A DNA stretch of 64,000 nucleotides from Minisyncoccota bacterium (GCA_041664245.1 JBAYLC010000001.1:22654-86653), one strand, 5' to 3'; counted from the stretch's first letter, positions 34,156 through 46,748 are shown. The notes: generated from the letters alone by a model not told the origin. Translations and numbers: made by a program.

Positions 34156-35202
34156 ATGCTTAGTCTGCTTCTTCCTGTCGGACTTTTAATAACGGCGAGC
34201 CTTACTGTACTCTCCAGTATCTCCAGGCATTTATTTCTACTCCAGTTATTCTGGGTGGTATTGGGAATTATTCTGATTTTTATTTTTTCAGTAGTTGATT
34301 GGCGATCAATTTTAAATAATCGCTGGCTAATATCATTCCTATATGGTCTCGGGATAATTTTTCTCGTTATCGTTTATTTTAAGGGGCCGGTTATTCGCAG
34401 CACGCGGAGTTGGCTCGTTTTGGGGCCGTTCAATTTCCAACCCGTTGAATTGATGAAGTTAAGTTTGATCTTACTCTTCGGGCGCTATTTCAGCCGTCGC
34501 CATCTAAGCGTTGCCCATTGGAAAAATATAATTACCTCTTTTTTTTATTTTCTTGTTCCCGCTGTTTTAATTGCTCTCCAGCCCGATATGGGTTCAGCCT
34601 CTGTTCTTTTCGTTATTTGGTTTGGTTTTTTAATTGCCAGCGGTTTACCATTGAAACGTCTCGCCGTCGCTGTTTTAATCTTTATATCTTTGGGATTTAT
34701 TGGTTGGCATTTAGTTTTAAAAGACTATCAACGTGATAGAATTGTTGGAATTTTTTATCCTCAAGATAATTCTTTGAGCGTAAATTACAGCTTAAATCAA
34801 GCCAAGATAGCCATTGGTTCAGCGGGGCTTTTTGGCAAGGGTTATGGACAGGGAACACAAACGCAACTTGGTTTTTTGACCGAGCCATCTAATGATTTTA
34901 TTCTTGCTTCCTTAATTGAAGAGTGGGGGCTGGTGTTTGGAATTCTCGTCATAGCCGCTTTTTTATTTTTGCTATTTAAAATCTTAAAAATTGCTTCTCT
35001 CTCTAGCGGTAATTTTGAAAAGTTTATTTGTTTAGGCACAGTTATGGTTTTCTGTTGGCAGTTTTTCTTAAATGTTGGTTCAACGATCGGTCTCTCTCCG
35101 GTTATCGGTGTGACCTTTCCCTTTCTTAGTTACGGCGGTTCTAGTCTTTTGATTGATTTTATTTTATTAGCTATAATAAATTCCATCGCCAAGCACTCCT
35201 AA
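34156..35202 (+). CDS. SEDS-family peptidoglycan glycosyltransferase (FtsW/RodA)
   Basis: 348 aa polytopic. Conserved SEDS blocks, e.g. GFLTEPSNDFILASLIEEWG and GVTFPFLSYGGSSLL. Confidence 0.8.
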   Translation: MLSLLLPVGLLITASLTVLSSISRHLFLLQLFWVVLGIILIFIFSVVDWRSILNNRWLISFLYGLGIIFLVIVYFKGPVIRSTRSWLVLGPFNFQPVELMKLSLILLFGRYFSRRHLSVAHWKNIITSFFYFLVPAVLIALQPDMGSASVLFVIWFGFLIASGLPLKRLAVAVLIFISLGFIGWHLVLKDYQRDRIVGIFYPQDNSLSVNYSLNQAKIAIGSAGLFGKGYGQGTQTQLGFLTEPSNDFILASLIEEWGLVFGILVIAAFLFLLFKILKIASLSSGNFEKFICLGTVMVFCWQFFLNVGSTIGLSPVIGVTFPFLSYGGSSLLIDFILLAIINSIAKHS

Positions 35203-35217
35203 TCGTTTTTTACTCTA

Positions 35218-36228
35218 ATGCGCCCTTTTAAAATTCCGCTTGCGCCCAAGCTATCTCTTAAAAAATCAAAAAATAAATTAATTCTTATTGCCGCTGTTTT
35301 TCCGATTTTAATTTTTTCCGTGTATTTGAGTCATGGGTTAAGTTCTCCCCAAAAAAATACTACCGTAAAAAATTTTTTCATTATCTCCGGCGATAGCTCT
35401 GTCGAAATTGCGAATCATCTCGAAACCCAAGGATTAATTCGATCCAGCTTCGCTTTTAATATTTTTGGTTTTATAACCGGCCAGTCCTCAAGGATTAAAC
35501 CGGGCCGCTATGAACTATCTTCTGATTTGGGCGGCTCTAAAATAATGAAGATTCTCGTCTCCGGAGGATTTGGAGAGATTCGGGCGGTGATTCCGGAAGG
35601 TCTGTCAGTCTATGAGATCGATAAAATTTTAAGTGATCAAAAAATCATCAAGCGGGGAGAGCTCATTGCTTTTAATTCTAGGTCTCCTGTTGAGGGCCGC
35701 CTTTTCCCAGACACCTATCGCTTTTCCATAAATTCTAAAATAAATGACGTAGTGGATGTTCTTCTTGAAAATTTTAAGGAAAAAGCCGAGCCAATTCTAA
35801 ATCAAGATCCAAAAAATTTTGAAAAAAATTTAATTCTTGCTTCATTGGTTGAGGATGAAGTTCCCGGCAGTGAAGATCAGCGGGTAGTCGCGGGTATTAT
35901 TAAAAAACGCCTAGCAACCAATATGCGCTTCCAAATTGATGCTACGGTTTGCTATTCGAAGAGACAAAAAGACCCCCAAAAAGACGTTCCTTGCTACCCC
36001 TTGACATCTCTTGACTTAAAAATTAATTCGCCTTACAATACCTATCTAAATGTAGGTTGGCCGCCGGGGCCTATAGGAAGCCCCGGTGTTTCTGCTATCT
36101 CGGCTGCGCTTAAGCCAAAAAATTCGCCTTTTTGGTTCTATATTAGCGACCCTGTAACCAAAAAGACTATTTTTGCCCGAACTCTTGACGAACATAACGC
36201 CAACGTATCAATTTATTTAAAATCTTGA
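35218..36228 (+). CDS. mltG: Endolytic murein transglycosylase MltG (YceG-like)
   Basis: 336 aa. N-terminal TM. YceG-like domain pattern. Confidence 0.7.
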   Translation: MRPFKIPLAPKLSLKKSKNKLILIAAVFPILIFSVYLSHGLSSPQKNTTVKNFFIISGDSSVEIANHLETQGLIRSSFAFNIFGFITGQSSRIKPGRYELSSDLGGSKIMKILVSGGFGEIRAVIPEGLSVYEIDKILSDQKIIKRGELIAFNSRSPVEGRLFPDTYRFSINSKINDVVDVLLENFKEKAEPILNQDPKNFEKNLILASLVEDEVPGSEDQRVVAGIIKKRLATNMRFQIDATVCYSKRQKDPQKDVPCYPLTSLDLKINSPYNTYLNVGWPPGPIGSPGVSAISAALKPKNSPFWFYISDPVTKKTIFARTLDEHNANVSIYLKS

Positions 36229-36374
36229 TCACGTAAGAAAATCTGTTTCCCGCCAAAGAAACCGCGGCCAAGTCGGCAGAGAATTTGTGTGCGGTTTCCC
36301 TTCGTTGGTTTATTCAATAATTTTCAATTAATTTAGGGTCGACCATTATAAACCACCATCGTGATTTAAACGCG

Positions 36375-39300
36375 ATGCCCAAAAAACTCCCCACTAAAGA
36401 TTTTTCAAAATTTAAACCTCTCGTTGAGATATCCAACTTAAACGAGATTCAGCTCAAATCCTATGAGCAATTTTTAAAAAAAGGAATCAAGGAGATTTTT
36501 GATGAAGTCTCTCCTATTCCCGATCATACCGCTAAAGAATTTGAACTCTACTTTGACGATTGTTATTTCGACGAACCGAAATATGACGAGACTCAAACTT
36601 TATACAAAGACGCCACTTACGAGGCGGCTTTGCGCGTTAAAGTAAGGCTAGTCCATAGAAAAACCGGCTTCGAACAAAACCAAGAAGTTTATTTTGGTGA
36701 TTTCCCGATTATGACTCCTCGGGGAACTTTTATTATTAACGGCGTCGAAAGAGTAGTGGTTTCTCAAATTATTCGTTCGGCCGGTGTTTATTTCACCTCC
36801 GTCCCTTGGCGGGGACGGCAACTTTTTGGCGCCAAAGTTATTCCTAATCGTGGCGCTTGGTTAGAATTTGAAACAGATATCGACGGCACTATCGGGGTAA
36901 AAATTGATCGTCACCGTAAAGCTCCCGTCAGTGATCTATTGCGGATTTTTGGCGCCTCAAATGAGCAGATCTCTGACTCCTTTAAAGATATTGATGATGG
37001 GACAATAAAATATATTGCCGCCACTCTTAAAAAAGATATTGCTAAAGACGCCGGGGAGTCATATATGGAAATTTATCGCCGCCAGCGTCCCGGCGATCCA
37101 GCCACTCCGGAAACCGCCAAAAATCTAATTGACTCAATGTTCAAGCGGCTCGATCGTTATGATATCTCTCCTGTTGGCCGCTTCAAGATGAATCAGCGAT
37201 TGGATTTAAATAATAAAAAAGATTCGCATCTTCTTGATCTTGAAGATCTAATGGCCATCGTTCGTGAAATTATCCGGCTCAATAATCTTCCCGGGGCTGA
37301 ACCCGACGACATTGATCATCTTGGTAATCGCCGCTTAAAAACCGTTGGTGAGCTTCTTCAGGGCCGTCTTCGGGTTGGCTTTGCTCGTCTCCGCAGGATT
37401 GTTCAAGACCGAATGTCTATTCTAGACAAGGACACTCTTATGCCTGCTCAACTTATTAACTTTCGTCCGGTTACCGCCGTTATTAAAGAATTTTTTGTTT
37501 CCTCCCAATTTTCTCAGTTTATGGATCAAATCAATCCGCTTGCCGAACTTGAGCATAAACGTCGTCTCTCCGCCTTAGGTCCCGGTGGTCTCACTCGCGA
37601 GCGGGCCAGTTTTGAAGTCCGGGAAATTCATCGTTCGCATTATGGCCGCATTTGTCCCGTTCAAACTCCTGAGGGAGCGAACATCGGACTCATTAACTAT
37701 CTTGCTCGATTCGCTCGAATCAACGAGTTTGGTTTTTTGGAAACTCCCTACGCCAAAGTGAAGGATGGAAGAGTAACAAAAGAAATCTCTTGGTATGACG
37801 CCCTCGAAGAAGAAAAATACAAAATCGCCCATGCCGGAAATCCTCGGGACGATGAAGGAAAATTTTTAAATAACGCCGTAGAAGCAAGGATTAAGGGAGA
37901 CCCTGGTATTTGTACACCTAAAGAAGTTGACCTAATGGACGTTGCTCCTAATCAGTTTATCAGCGTTGCTTCTTCTCTTATACCTTTTCTTCAGCACGAC
38001 GACGCTAACCGAGCCCTGATGGGCTCAAACATGCAGCGTCAGGCTGTTGCCTCTATCAAGCCGCAGGCTCCCTACGTTGGCACCGGTGAAGAAGAAAAAG
38101 CCGCCGCGGATTCTGGGTATATTATAAAAGCCGAAGGCGAAGGCACAATTACCGAAGTTGATTCCAATCACGTCACCGTCGAGTATAAAGACGGCGTGAA
38201 AAACTATGTTTTAGAAAAATTCAAACGCTCAAACCAATTTACTTCGATTTCCAAAAAGCCGGTTGTTGTAAGAGACCAAAAAGTTAAAAAAGGGGAAATC
38301 ATTGCCGAGGGGTCGTCAATAAAAGACGGCGTTCTGGCTCTTGGTCAAAATCTTCTAGTCTCGTTCATTTCCTGGGAGGGCGCCAATTTCGAAGATGCCG
38401 TCATCCTTTCCGAGCGAGTTGTTCGCGACGATCTTTTCACCTCTATTCACCTTGAGAGTTTCGATTGCGATGTTCGCGACACAAAACTCGGTCCCGAAAT
38501 TACTACCCCCGACATTCCGAATGTTTCCGAAGAGAAGCTTCGCAACTTAGACGAAGAGGGGATAATCAGAATCGGCGCCGAAGTAAAAGCCGGCGATATT
38601 TTGGTTGGCAAAATTTCTCCGAAAGGCGAAGCCGAATTAAGTTCCGAGGAGCGCTTACTCCGCGCCGTTTTCGGCGAAAAGGCCAGAGATGTCAAAGACA
38701 CCTCTCTTACTCTTCCGCACGGCAAACAAGGGAGAATTGTTGGTGTTAAGATTTTTAATCGCGATGAAGGCGATAAATTAGAACCAGGCATTATTAAAAG
38801 AATCCAAATTGAAGTCGCTGAACTCCGCAAAATTCAAAGCGGTGACAAGCTGGCCGGCCGCCACGGCAATAAGGGAGTTATCTCTCAAGTTCGTCCGGTG
38901 GAAGATATGCCTTATCTCGAAGATGGCACGCCAGTTGATATTATTTTAAATCCATTAGGTGTTGCCTCTCGCATGAACTTAGGTCAGATTCTTGAAACTC
39001 ACTTAGGCTGGGCGGCTCACAAGCTCGGCTACCGCGCTATTACTCCCGGTCTTGATTCGGCGAGCGAGGAAGAGATTAGAAATGAGTTAAAAGATGCCGG
39101 TCTTCCCGAAGACAGCAAAGTTACTCTCTATGATGGCCGTTCTGGTGAACCGTTTGACCGCAAGGTTATGGTTGGCCAAATTTACATGATGAAGTTGAAC
39201 CATCTTGTTGAAGATAAGATGCACGTCCGTTCCATCGGTCCCTACTCTTTAATTACTCAACAGCCACTTGGTGGAAAAGCTCAATTTGGTGGCCAGCGTT

Positions 39301-42300
39301 TCGGCGAAATGGAAGTCTGGGCGCTCGAAGGCTATAGCAGCCGGCATGTTCTTCAAGAGATGCTGACAATTAAATCGGACGATATTCTTGGGCGTTCCGC
39401 CGCTTATGAATCGATTATTCGCGGCGAAAAAATCCGAAAACCTAATATTCCGGCTTCCTTTAATGTTCTTGTCAATGAATTAAAAGCTCTAAATTTTGAT
39501 ATTGAGCCAATATTTGATAATGACTCGGAAAGAAAAGATGAGTTTAAAGCCCTGAAGATCGGCGTGGCCTCGCCGGAGCAAATTTTAAAGTGGTCCCATG
39601 GCGAAGTTATCAAACCAGAAACCATAAACTATCGGACTCAACGGCCAGAAAAAGACGGGCTTTTCTCCGAGCGGATTTTTGGCCCGACCAAGGATTACGA
39701 ATGTTACTGCGGAAAATATCGCCGGATTCGCTATAAAAACGTTATTTGTGACAAATGTGGTGTCGAAGTAACTCGCTCAATCGTTCGCCGCGAAAGAATG
39801 GGTCATATTAAATTAGCTACCCCGGTGAGCCACATCTGGTTTCTTAAAAGCATTCCATCTCGCTTGAGTTTGATGATTGACACTTCTTCCGTAAAACTGG
39901 AGCGGGTTATCTATTACTCTTCTTATATTGTCACCGAAGTTGATGATGAGAATAGAAAACAAACTCTTCTTGATCTCGATAAAGAATTAAAGAGTAAACT
40001 TAAAATAGTTGGCGATAAAGATAAAGAAGTTAAGGATGAAATTACTGCGGCCGCTGCCACTGCCAAAGAATTTTTAAATTCCGTTCGGCCGGGAGTTGTT
40101 CTTGGCGAGGCCGAGTATTTCAACTTAGCCCGCCGTTTCGCCAGTGTTTTCAAAGCTGGCACCGGCGCCGAGGCTGTCCGGCAAGTTCTTGAAAGCATGG
40201 ATCTTCGAAAAGAAGTCCAGAAAATTGAAAAAGAAATCAGCATTTCTCGCCGAGCCGTGATTGATATCAAGCAACTTCGGCGGTTGAAAATGTTGAAGTC
40301 GATAATTAAAAATAACACTCGCCCCGAATGGATGATTCTAACAGTCCTCCCGGTTTTACCGCCTGATCTTCGCCCAATGGTGCCCTTGGATGGCGGCCGT
40401 TATGCGACCTCGGATCTAAATGACCTTTATCGTCGAGTTATCAATCGCAATAATCGTTTAAAAAAACTTCTTGAAATCAAAGCTCCGGAAGTAATTGTTC
40501 GCAACGAAAAAAGAATGCTCCAAGAAGCCGTTGATGCTTTAATCGACAACTCCGCTCGATTCGGCACCCAGCAGCTTTCCACTCAGCGCCGACCTCTTCG
40601 TTCCTTGGCTGATATGTTAAAGGGAAAGCAAGGCCGTTTCCGCCAAAATCTTCTCGGTAAAAGGGTTGATTATTCCGGCCGGTCCGTTATTGTTGTTGGT
40701 CCTAAACTAAAGATTGATGAGTGTGGTCTTCCAAAACGGATGACTCTGGAACTTTTCCGCCCGTTCGTTATCAGCGAGATAATTAAAAGGGGATTAGCCA
40801 ACAATATTAGAAGTGCCAATAAAATTCTCGATCAAGGCATTGATGAAGTCTGGGCTATCCTTGAAGAAGTAATTCGTGATCGATACGTTCTCTTGAATCG
40901 CGCCCCGACCTTGCACCGCTTAAGCGTTCAAGCCTTCCGGCCAAAAATGATTGAAGGGTTAGCCATTCAAATTCCGCCTTTAGTCTGTCAAGCCTTCAAT
41001 GCCGACTTTGACGGCGACCAAATGGCCGTTCACTTGCCTCTCTCCGAAGAAGCTCAGCGGGAAACGAGGGAGATAATGGTCTCAAGCAAAAATTTATTAA
41101 AACCGGCTACCGGTGACCTGATCACCGTTCCGACGCAAGACATTATTTTAGGAATTTACTATCTCACTCAAATTGACGACGAGTGGTCCGGCCCGATTAA
41201 AAATTTTGTCGACGTTGATGAGGCGCTTATGGCTATGAGTCATAATGTTATAAAAATTTCCCAGCCGATTAAGGTTTTCTCCGTTAATAATAATGAAGAA
41301 ACCACTATTGGTCGGATAATTTTCAACCAAATATTTGGAGAAGATCACGAGTTCATAAACAAGTCTCTTAATAAAAAACAACTTTCCGCAATTTTAGAGG
41401 CCTTTGTCGAGGATTATGGTTTTGAACGCACTAGCGAAGTTTTAGACAAGGTTAAATTGCTTGGTTTTGAGATGGCCACCAAATCCGGAATTACTTGGGC
41501 TATTTCTGATCTAGTTATTCCCAAAGAGAAAAAAGCGATTCTTAAAGACGCTGAAGAAAAAGTTGATAATATTCACGAACAATTTAAATCCGGCCTTCTT
41601 ACCACCATCGAACGCCGGGCGAGAGTAATCAGTATTTGGGAAAAAGCTAAAAAGGATATTTCCGCGTTGATCCTCACCGTTCTTCCAAAAACCAATTCCA
41701 TTTACCAAATTATTGATTCTGGTTCTCGTGGTTCTTGGGTTCAGCCAATTCAAATGACCGGTATGAAAGGATTGGTCCAAAACTCCCAAGGTGTAACCAT
41801 CGAGCTCCCAATTAAATCTTCCCTCAAGGAAGGATTAAGTGTTTTGGAATATTTCATTTCCACCCACGGTGCTAGAAAGGGCACCACTGACACCGCTCTT
41901 AAAACTGCCCAAGCCGGCTACCTTACTCGCCGTTTAGTTGATGTTTCTCAAGATCTTTTAATCAGGGAAGAAGATTGTGGCACCACGAAAGGAATAGAAA
42001 TCTTCCGAAAAGAAGATCAAGAATTTTCTCAACCGTTTGTCAGCCGAATATTTTCTAGGACTGTTTTGGAGGATATTAAAGTAGATCGGAAGATTATTGT
42101 GAAAGCTAACGAATCTATCACTAAGCCAATGGCCCAAGAAATCGACAAATCAAAAATCGAATCAATCAAAGTTCGTTCGCCGCTTACCTGTAACACTCTC
42201 TTTGGAATTTGCAGCAAGTGTTACGGTTTGAGTCTGGGTGATAATAAACCCGCCCGGGTTGGTGAAGCGGTTGGCGTTATCGCTGCCCAATCAATCGGCG

Positions 42301-43199
42301 AGCCGGGCACCCAGCTTACTATGAGAACTTTCCATACTGGCGGTGTTGCTGGTGCCGACATCACTCACGGCTTGCCTCGGGTTGAAGAAATTTTTGAAGT
42401 TCGCCCGCCAAAAGGGAAAGCGATTCTTTGCTCTGTCGACGGTTTAGTAGAGAAAACAGAAGAACGCGGCACACTGATGGTTATGCACATAAAACCGATC
42501 AAAGGCCAGGGTGTTAGTAAAACTAAATCTGTTAAATCAATTGTTAAAACCATAGAATATGCTGTTCCTAGATCCTCTACTTTTTTAGTCAAGGTTGGTG
42601 ATGACGTGAAAAAAGGTGATCGATTATCCGACGGGAACCTCGATATTAAGGAGTTGTTGGAACTACGAGGAAAAGATGCCGTTGAAAAATATGTTATTAG
42701 TGAAGTCCAAAAGATCTATTCTTCGGAAGGCGCTTCTATTTGTAATAAACACATTGAAATTATCGTGCGCCAAATGTTTTCTAGGATTAAGATAAAAGAT
42801 GCCGGCGACGCTGCTAATCTTGTACAGGGAGAAATTATTGAGCGCGGCCGTTTCTTGGAAGTAAATCGTGAGTTACGGAAAACCGGAAAGGCCTCCATTA
42901 AAGGGGAGCAGCTTCTAATGGGTATTACCCAGGTTGCTCTTTCGACTGAAAGCTTCCTCTCCGCTGCTTCTTTCCAAGATACCGCCCGAGTTTTAGTCAA
43001 AGCTGCGATCGAGAGTCGAACCGATCAACTGCGCGGTCTCAAAGAAAACGTTATCATCGGGCGCCTAATTCCCACTAACTTGATTGGTGTTGAGGGTTCC
43101 GGTCATGACGACTTTGAATATCCCGATGAAGCAAGCATCAACGCGGAAGAGAAGGCTTCCAAGGAAGTAGAACCTCAAAGCGTTGAAACTGAAGCTTAA
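36375..43199 (+). CDS. rpoBC: Fused DNA-directed RNA polymerase beta-beta' subunit (RpoB-RpoC fusion)
   Basis: 2274-aa uninterrupted ORF. The RpoB C-terminus ...[18 protein letters not shown] is joined through [12 protein letters not shown] to the RpoC N-terminus [48 protein letters not shown]. Beta' zinc finger [30 protein letters not shown] catalytic motif. Confidence 0.9.
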   Translation: MPKKLPTKDFSKFKPLVEISNLNEIQLKSYEQFLKKGIKEIFDEVSPIPDHTAKEFELYFDDCYFDEPKYDETQTLYKDATYEAALRVKVRLVHRKTGFEQNQEVYFGDFPIMTPRGTFIINGVERVVVSQIIRSAGVYFTSVPWRGRQLFGAKVIPNRGAWLEFETDIDGTIGVKIDRHRKAPVSDLLRIFGASNEQISDSFKDIDDGTIKYIAATLKKDIAKDAGESYMEIYRRQRPGDPATPETAKNLIDSMFKRLDRYDISPVGRFKMNQRLDLNNKKDSHLLDLEDLMAIVREIIRLNNLPGAEPDDIDHLGNRRLKTVGELLQGRLRVGFARLRRIVQDRMSILDKDTLMPAQLINFRPVTAVIKEFFVSSQFSQFMDQINPLAELEHKRRLSALGPGGLTRERASFEVREIHRSHYGRICPVQTPEGANIGLINYLARFARINEFGFLETPYAKVKDGRVTKEISWYDALEEEKYKIAHAGNPRDDEGKFLNNAVEARIKGDPGICTPKEVDLMDVAPNQFISVASSLIPFLQHDDANRALMGSNMQRQAVASIKPQAPYVGTGEEEKAAADSGYIIKAEGEGTITEVDSNHVTVEYKDGVKNYVLEKFKRSNQFTSISKKPVVVRDQKVKKGEIIAEGSSIKDGVLALGQNLLVSFISWEGANFEDAVILSERVVRDDLFTSIHLESFDCDVRDTKLGPEITTPDIPNVSEEKLRNLDEEGIIRIGAEVKAGDILVGKISPKGEAELSSEERLLRAVFGEKARDVKDTSLTLPHGKQGRIVGVKIFNRDEGDKLEPGIIKRIQIEVAELRKIQSGDKLAGRHGNKGVISQVRPVEDMPYLEDGTPVDIILNPLGVASRMNLGQILETHLGWAAHKLGYRAITPGLDSASEEEIRNELKDAGLPEDSKVTLYDGRSGEPFDRKVMVGQIYMMKLNHLVEDKMHVRSIGPYSLITQQPLGGKAQFGGQRFGEMEVWALEGYSSRHVLQEMLTIKSDDILGRSAAYESIIRGEKIRKPNIPASFNVLVNELKALNFDIEPIFDNDSERKDEFKALKIGVASPEQILKWSHGEVIKPETINYRTQRPEKDGLFSERIFGPTKDYECYCGKYRRIRYKNVICDKCGVEVTRSIVRRERMGHIKLATPVSHIWFLKSIPSRLSLMIDTSSVKLERVIYYSSYIVTEVDDENRKQTLLDLDKELKSKLKIVGDKDKEVKDEITAAAATAKEFLNSVRPGVVLGEAEYFNLARRFASVFKAGTGAEAVRQVLESMDLRKEVQKIEKEISISRRAVIDIKQLRRLKMLKSIIKNNTRPEWMILTVLPVLPPDLRPMVPLDGGRYATSDLNDLYRRVINRNNRLKKLLEIKAPEVIVRNEKRMLQEAVDALIDNSARFGTQQLSTQRRPLRSLADMLKGKQGRFRQNLLGKRVDYSGRSVIVVGPKLKIDECGLPKRMTLELFRPFVISEIIKRGLANNIRSANKILDQGIDEVWAILEEVIRDRYVLLNRAPTLHRLSVQAFRPKMIEGLAIQIPPLVCQAFNADFDGDQMAVHLPLSEEAQRETREIMVSSKNLLKPATGDLITVPTQDIILGIYYLTQIDDEWSGPIKNFVDVDEALMAMSHNVIKISQPIKVFSVNNNEETTIGRIIFNQIFGEDHEFINKSLNKKQLSAILEAFVEDYGFERTSEVLDKVKLLGFEMATKSGITWAISDLVIPKEKKAILKDAEEKVDNIHEQFKSGLLTTIERRARVISIWEKAKKDISALILTVLPKTNSIYQIIDSGSRGSWVQPIQMTGMKGLVQNSQGVTIELPIKSSLKEGLSVLEYFISTHGARKGTTDTALKTAQAGYLTRRLVDVSQDLLIREEDCGTTKGIEIFRKEDQEFSQPFVSRIFSRTVLEDIKVDRKIIVKANESITKPMAQEIDKSKIESIKVRSPLTCNTLFGICSKCYGLSLGDNKPARVGEAVGVIAAQSIGEPGTQLTMRTFHTGGVAGADITHGLPRVEEIFEVRPPKGKAILCSVDGLVEKTEERGTLMVMHIKPIKGQGVSKTKSVKSIVKTIEYAVPRSSTFLVKVGDDVKKGDRLSDGNLDIKELLELRGKDAVEKYVISEVQKIYSSEGASICNKHIEIIVRQMFSRIKIKDAGDAANLVQGEIIERGRFLEVNRELRKTGKASIKGEQLLMGITQVALSTESFLSAASFQDTARVLVKAAIESRTDQLRGLKENVIIGRLIPTNLIGVEGSGHDDFEYPDEASINAEEKASKEVEPQSVETEA

Positions 43200-43245
43200 C
43201 CCAGTTCTAATTGACGGATACTGAAAAATCGGTTAAATTCTCGCT

Positions 43246-43674
43246 ATGGAAGAAACCCAGATTAAAGACAAGAAAGAATACGAATTAGCTTTTCTTATCA
43301 AGGAAGAAGGGGAATTGCCCGCCGTTCTTGATTTGATAAAGCGCCATGGCGCCGAAATCTCCCTCGAGGGGCCGCTTAGGAACCTATCTCTGGCCTATAA
43401 AATAAAAAAACAAACCTCAGCTACTTTCGGTTATTGCCATTTTCAACTCGAGCCGGAAAGTCTCTCCGCTCTTGATCACGACCTAAGGATGAATAGTCCA
43501 ATTATCAGATTCCTCGTTATCACTCCGCCTTTTTCTAAGGCTAAATCGTCTCCGTCAAGAATTTCAGCACGGAGTAAAATTTCTCCTTCAAAGTCGGAGG
43601 ATGTTCCAGTAAAATCATCTCTTCCGCTCTCCAACGAAGCTTTAGAAAAAAAGATCGAAGAGATTTTACAATAA
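43246..43674 (+). CDS. rpsF: 30S ribosomal protein S6 with Ser/Pro/Lys-rich C-terminal extension
   Basis: 142 aa. S6-like core (YELAFLI..., ...RFLVI). Confidence 0.7.
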   Translation: MEETQIKDKKEYELAFLIKEEGELPAVLDLIKRHGAEISLEGPLRNLSLAYKIKKQTSATFGYCHFQLEPESLSALDHDLRMNSPIIRFLVITPPFSKAKSSPSRISARSKISPSKSEDVPVKSSLPLSNEALEKKIEEILQ

Positions 43675-43689
43675 ATTTTCTAAATTATT

Positions 43690-44172
43690 ATGAACCTAAA
43701 TAAAGTATTCATCGTTGGGCGCTTAACCGCTGATCCTATTCTCCGAACCACTCCCGGCGGGCAATCAGTTACTAGTTTTTCGGTTGCCACTAATCGGAAT
43801 TGGGCTGATAAATCCGGTAATCGCCAAGAAGAAGTTGAATACCACAATATCGTCGCTTGGGGCCGCCAGGCCGAAATTGCCAACCAATTTTTAACCAAAG
43901 GAGCAATCGTTATGGTTGAAGGCAGGATCAGGACTCGTTCTTGGACTGATAAGCAAAATCAAACTAAAAAGACCACCGAAATAATTTGTGAACGCCTCCA
44001 GCTTGGGCCTCGCGCCGGCGGCGGAGCTCCAGCGCGCGGCAAGCCTTCCACTGACAGTCCCTTCAAGGATTTAGAATCAAATCCTAAGCCCGATAAAGAT
44101 GTAATCGAAGAAATCCCCGTTATTAATTTAGAAGATACCGAAGATATTAAACCCGAAGATATTCCATTTTAA
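43690..44172 (+). CDS. ssb: Single-stranded DNA-binding protein
   Basis: 160 aa. OB fold ([19 protein letters not shown]...). Gly-rich linker. Acidic C-terminal tail ending DIPF. Confidence 0.88.
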   Translation: MNLNKVFIVGRLTADPILRTTPGGQSVTSFSVATNRNWADKSGNRQEEVEYHNIVAWGRQAEIANQFLTKGAIVMVEGRIRTRSWTDKQNQTKKTTEIICERLQLGPRAGGGAPARGKPSTDSPFKDLESNPKPDKDVIEEIPVINLEDTEDIKPEDIPF

Positions 44173-44176
44173 ATTC

Positions 44177-44602
44177 ATGGCAAAAAAAATAAAAACAATT
44201 TTAAAAATTCAAATTGGCGCTGGCAAGGCTAATCCTGCTCCGCCAATTGGTACCGCTCTTGGTCCGCAGGGAGTGAATATCCAAGAATTTTGCAAGCAGT
44301 TCAATGACGCCACCAAAGAAATGATTGGTGATGTTATTCCAGCCGAAATAACTGTCTACGAAGATAGGAGTTTCACCTTTATTCTCAAGACCTCTCCTGC
44401 TTCTTCGCTTTTGAAAAAAGCAGCTGGAGTCGAAAAAGGTTCTGGCAATCCTCTTAAAATTAAAGTCGGCAAAGTTACCAAAGCCGATATCCGAAATATT
44501 GCGGAAAAGAAAATGGTGGATCTTAATGCGACAACAATAGAGGCTGCCGAAAAAATAGTAGAAGGAACAGCCCGTTCAATGGGTATTGAGGTAATAAAAT
44601 AA
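44177..44602 (+). CDS. rplK: 50S ribosomal protein L11
   Basis: 141 aa. [27 protein letters not shown] and the C-terminal domain are clearly L11. Confidence 0.9.
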   Translation: MAKKIKTILKIQIGAGKANPAPPIGTALGPQGVNIQEFCKQFNDATKEMIGDVIPAEITVYEDRSFTFILKTSPASSLLKKAAGVEKGSGNPLKIKVGKVTKADIRNIAEKKMVDLNATTIEAAEKIVEGTARSMGIEVIK

Positions 44603-44607
44603 AAACA

Positions 44608-45300
44608 ATGCTAACCCGCGGTAAATTCATTGTTATCGAGGGAATTGATGGTTCAGGGAAAAGCGTCCAATTTAACAAATTGGTGGAATATTTAGATTCA
44701 AAGGGGCACGAAATTACTCCTTTTGATTTTCCACAATATAACGAGCCTTCTTCTTATTTCGTCAAAGAATACCTGGCCGGCCACTACGGACCCTCAAAAG
44801 AAGTCGGGCCATATCGCGCTTCTCTTTTTTATGCCCTTGATCGATTTGCGGCCAAAGAGAAATTAAATATTGCCCTAGACTCTGGCAAGCTAGTCGTCTC
44901 TAATCGTTATGTGGCTTCCAATATGGGCCACCAAGGAGCCAATCTGAAAGATGGAAATGAGAGAGAGAAACTTTTCCTTTGGATTAACGAAATAGAATTT
45001 AAAATTTTGACCATTCCCGAACCAGACTTAAATATCGTTTTACATGTTCCCGCCGAAATTTCTTACCGATTGATAAAAGAAAGGGAAGAAAAAGGGGAGC
45101 GCGGCGGCGCCAAAAGGGATATTCACGAATTAGATCTCGATCATCTGAAAGCTGCTGAAGAATCCTACCTTTTAGCCGCCAAATTATTTCCCAGTCGCTT
45201 CCATCTAATTGAATGCGCGCCCCAAGGCCAACTAATGACGATTGATGAAATTCAGGTTAAAATTAGAGCTAAGGTAGAAGAAGTTATCTCAAAAAACTAA
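44608..45300 (+). CDS. tmk: Thymidylate (dTMP) kinase
   Basis: 230 aa. P-loop IEGIDGSGKS. DRF/DRY motif. Lid region. Confidence 0.85.
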   Translation: MLTRGKFIVIEGIDGSGKSVQFNKLVEYLDSKGHEITPFDFPQYNEPSSYFVKEYLAGHYGPSKEVGPYRASLFYALDRFAAKEKLNIALDSGKLVVSNRYVASNMGHQGANLKDGNEREKLFLWINEIEFKILTIPEPDLNIVLHVPAEISYRLIKEREEKGERGGAKRDIHELDLDHLKAAEESYLLAAKLFPSRFHLIECAPQGQLMTIDEIQVKIRAKVEEVISKN

Positions 45301-45332
45301 GATTTTCTTGATACCTAACACTTAATATTCGA

Positions 45333-46748
45333 ATGACCTACGAACCAACAATTGGCCTTGAAATTCACGCCGAATTAAAAACCGAAACCAAGATGTTTTG
45401 CGATTCGGTTAATGATTCCGAAGAAAAGCATACTAATCACAACGTTTGCCCGATTTGTCTTGGTCATCCCGGTTGTCTTCCGACTATTAATAAAAAAGCT
45501 GTTGAATCAGTCATTAAAGTCGGCTTTGCTTTGGGCGGGAAAATCAACCCTCTAACCAAATTCGATCGGAAAAATTATTTTTATCCGGACTTGCCCAAAG
45601 GCTATCAGATTTCCCAATACGACGAACCGCTTGTAATCGGCGGCACCTTAAATGGTGTTCGCCTCCGCCGGATTCATCTCGAAGAAGATACTGGCCGTTT
45701 AATTCACGATGAAACAACCAACGCTAGTTTGGTTGATTATAATCGAGCCGGCGTCCCTTTAATGGAACTAGTAACCGAGCCCGACATTAAAAGCGGCGAA
45801 GAAACTGTCAATTTTGCGAAAGAGTTTCAATTGATTCTTCGTTATCTTAATGTTTCAAATGCCGACATGGAAAAAGGGGAGCTTCGTATTGAGGCTAATG
45901 TCAGTCTTAATATGGGCACCAAAGTTGAACTCAAGAATATTAATTCTTTCCGGTCGGTCGGCGACGCTATTGCCTACGAGCTGAAACGGCAGGAAAAAAT
46001 TTTGAAAGCCGGCGAAAAAGTTGCCCACGAAACTCGCGGTTGGGATGACATAAAGAAAAAGACCTACAGCCAGCGCTCTAAAGAAGAAGCTCACGACTAC
46101 CGTTATTTTCCCGAGCCCGATCTCCCTCCTTTTGAAACCTCCGTTTTTGATTTGGAAAAAATAAAAAATGATCTCCCAGAATTGCCCGCTGACAAAAGAG
46201 CCCGTTTTAAAAACGAGTTCGCTCTCGATGAAAGCAAAATCGAAACCTTAATTATTAATCCCCATCTCGCCGAATTTTTTGAGGAAGCCGTTTCTGAGTT
46301 AAAAAGTTTCGGCGAAAAACTAACTCCCCAAACTCTTCTTAACTACCTAACCGGCGATCTTGTTGGCCTTCTCAACGAATCCGGCCTGAAATTTGAAGAG
46401 ATAAAAATAAAACCGGAGCATTTAGCTCACCTTAGTTTTCTAATAGACTCCGGCCGAATTGGCAGCCGCCAAGCTAAAGATATTTTAAAAAGAATGTTTG
46501 AAACCGGCGTTGATCCCGAACTAATTATCAAAGAAGATAATTTAGAAACCGTTTCTGATGAGTCGGAGTTAGTAAAAATAATTGAAAAAATAATTTTGGA
46601 AAACCCCAAGGCGGTAGAAGACTATAAAAAAGGCAAAATCGCCAGCTTACAGTTTTTAATTGGTAAAACGATGAGCGAGCTTCGCGGCCGGGGGAATCCG
46701 GACACTCTTAAAATGCTGTTTAAAACAGCTATTGACAAAATTGCTTAG
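45333..46748 (+). CDS. gatB: Asp-tRNA(Asn)/Glu-tRNA(Gln) amidotransferase subunit B
   Basis: 471 aa. N-terminal IGLEIHAELKT. Cys/His motif. C-terminal YqeY-like domain. Confidence 0.9.
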   Translation: MTYEPTIGLEIHAELKTETKMFCDSVNDSEEKHTNHNVCPICLGHPGCLPTINKKAVESVIKVGFALGGKINPLTKFDRKNYFYPDLPKGYQISQYDEPLVIGGTLNGVRLRRIHLEEDTGRLIHDETTNASLVDYNRAGVPLMELVTEPDIKSGEETVNFAKEFQLILRYLNVSNADMEKGELRIEANVSLNMGTKVELKNINSFRSVGDAIAYELKRQEKILKAGEKVAHETRGWDDIKKKTYSQRSKEEAHDYRYFPEPDLPPFETSVFDLEKIKNDLPELPADKRARFKNEFALDESKIETLIINPHLAEFFEEAVSELKSFGEKLTPQTLLNYLTGDLVGLLNESGLKFEEIKIKPEHLAHLSFLIDSGRIGSRQAKDILKRMFETGVDPELIIKEDNLETVSDESELVKIIEKIILENPKAVEDYKKGKIASLQFLIGKTMSELRGRGNPDTLKMLFKTAIDKIA

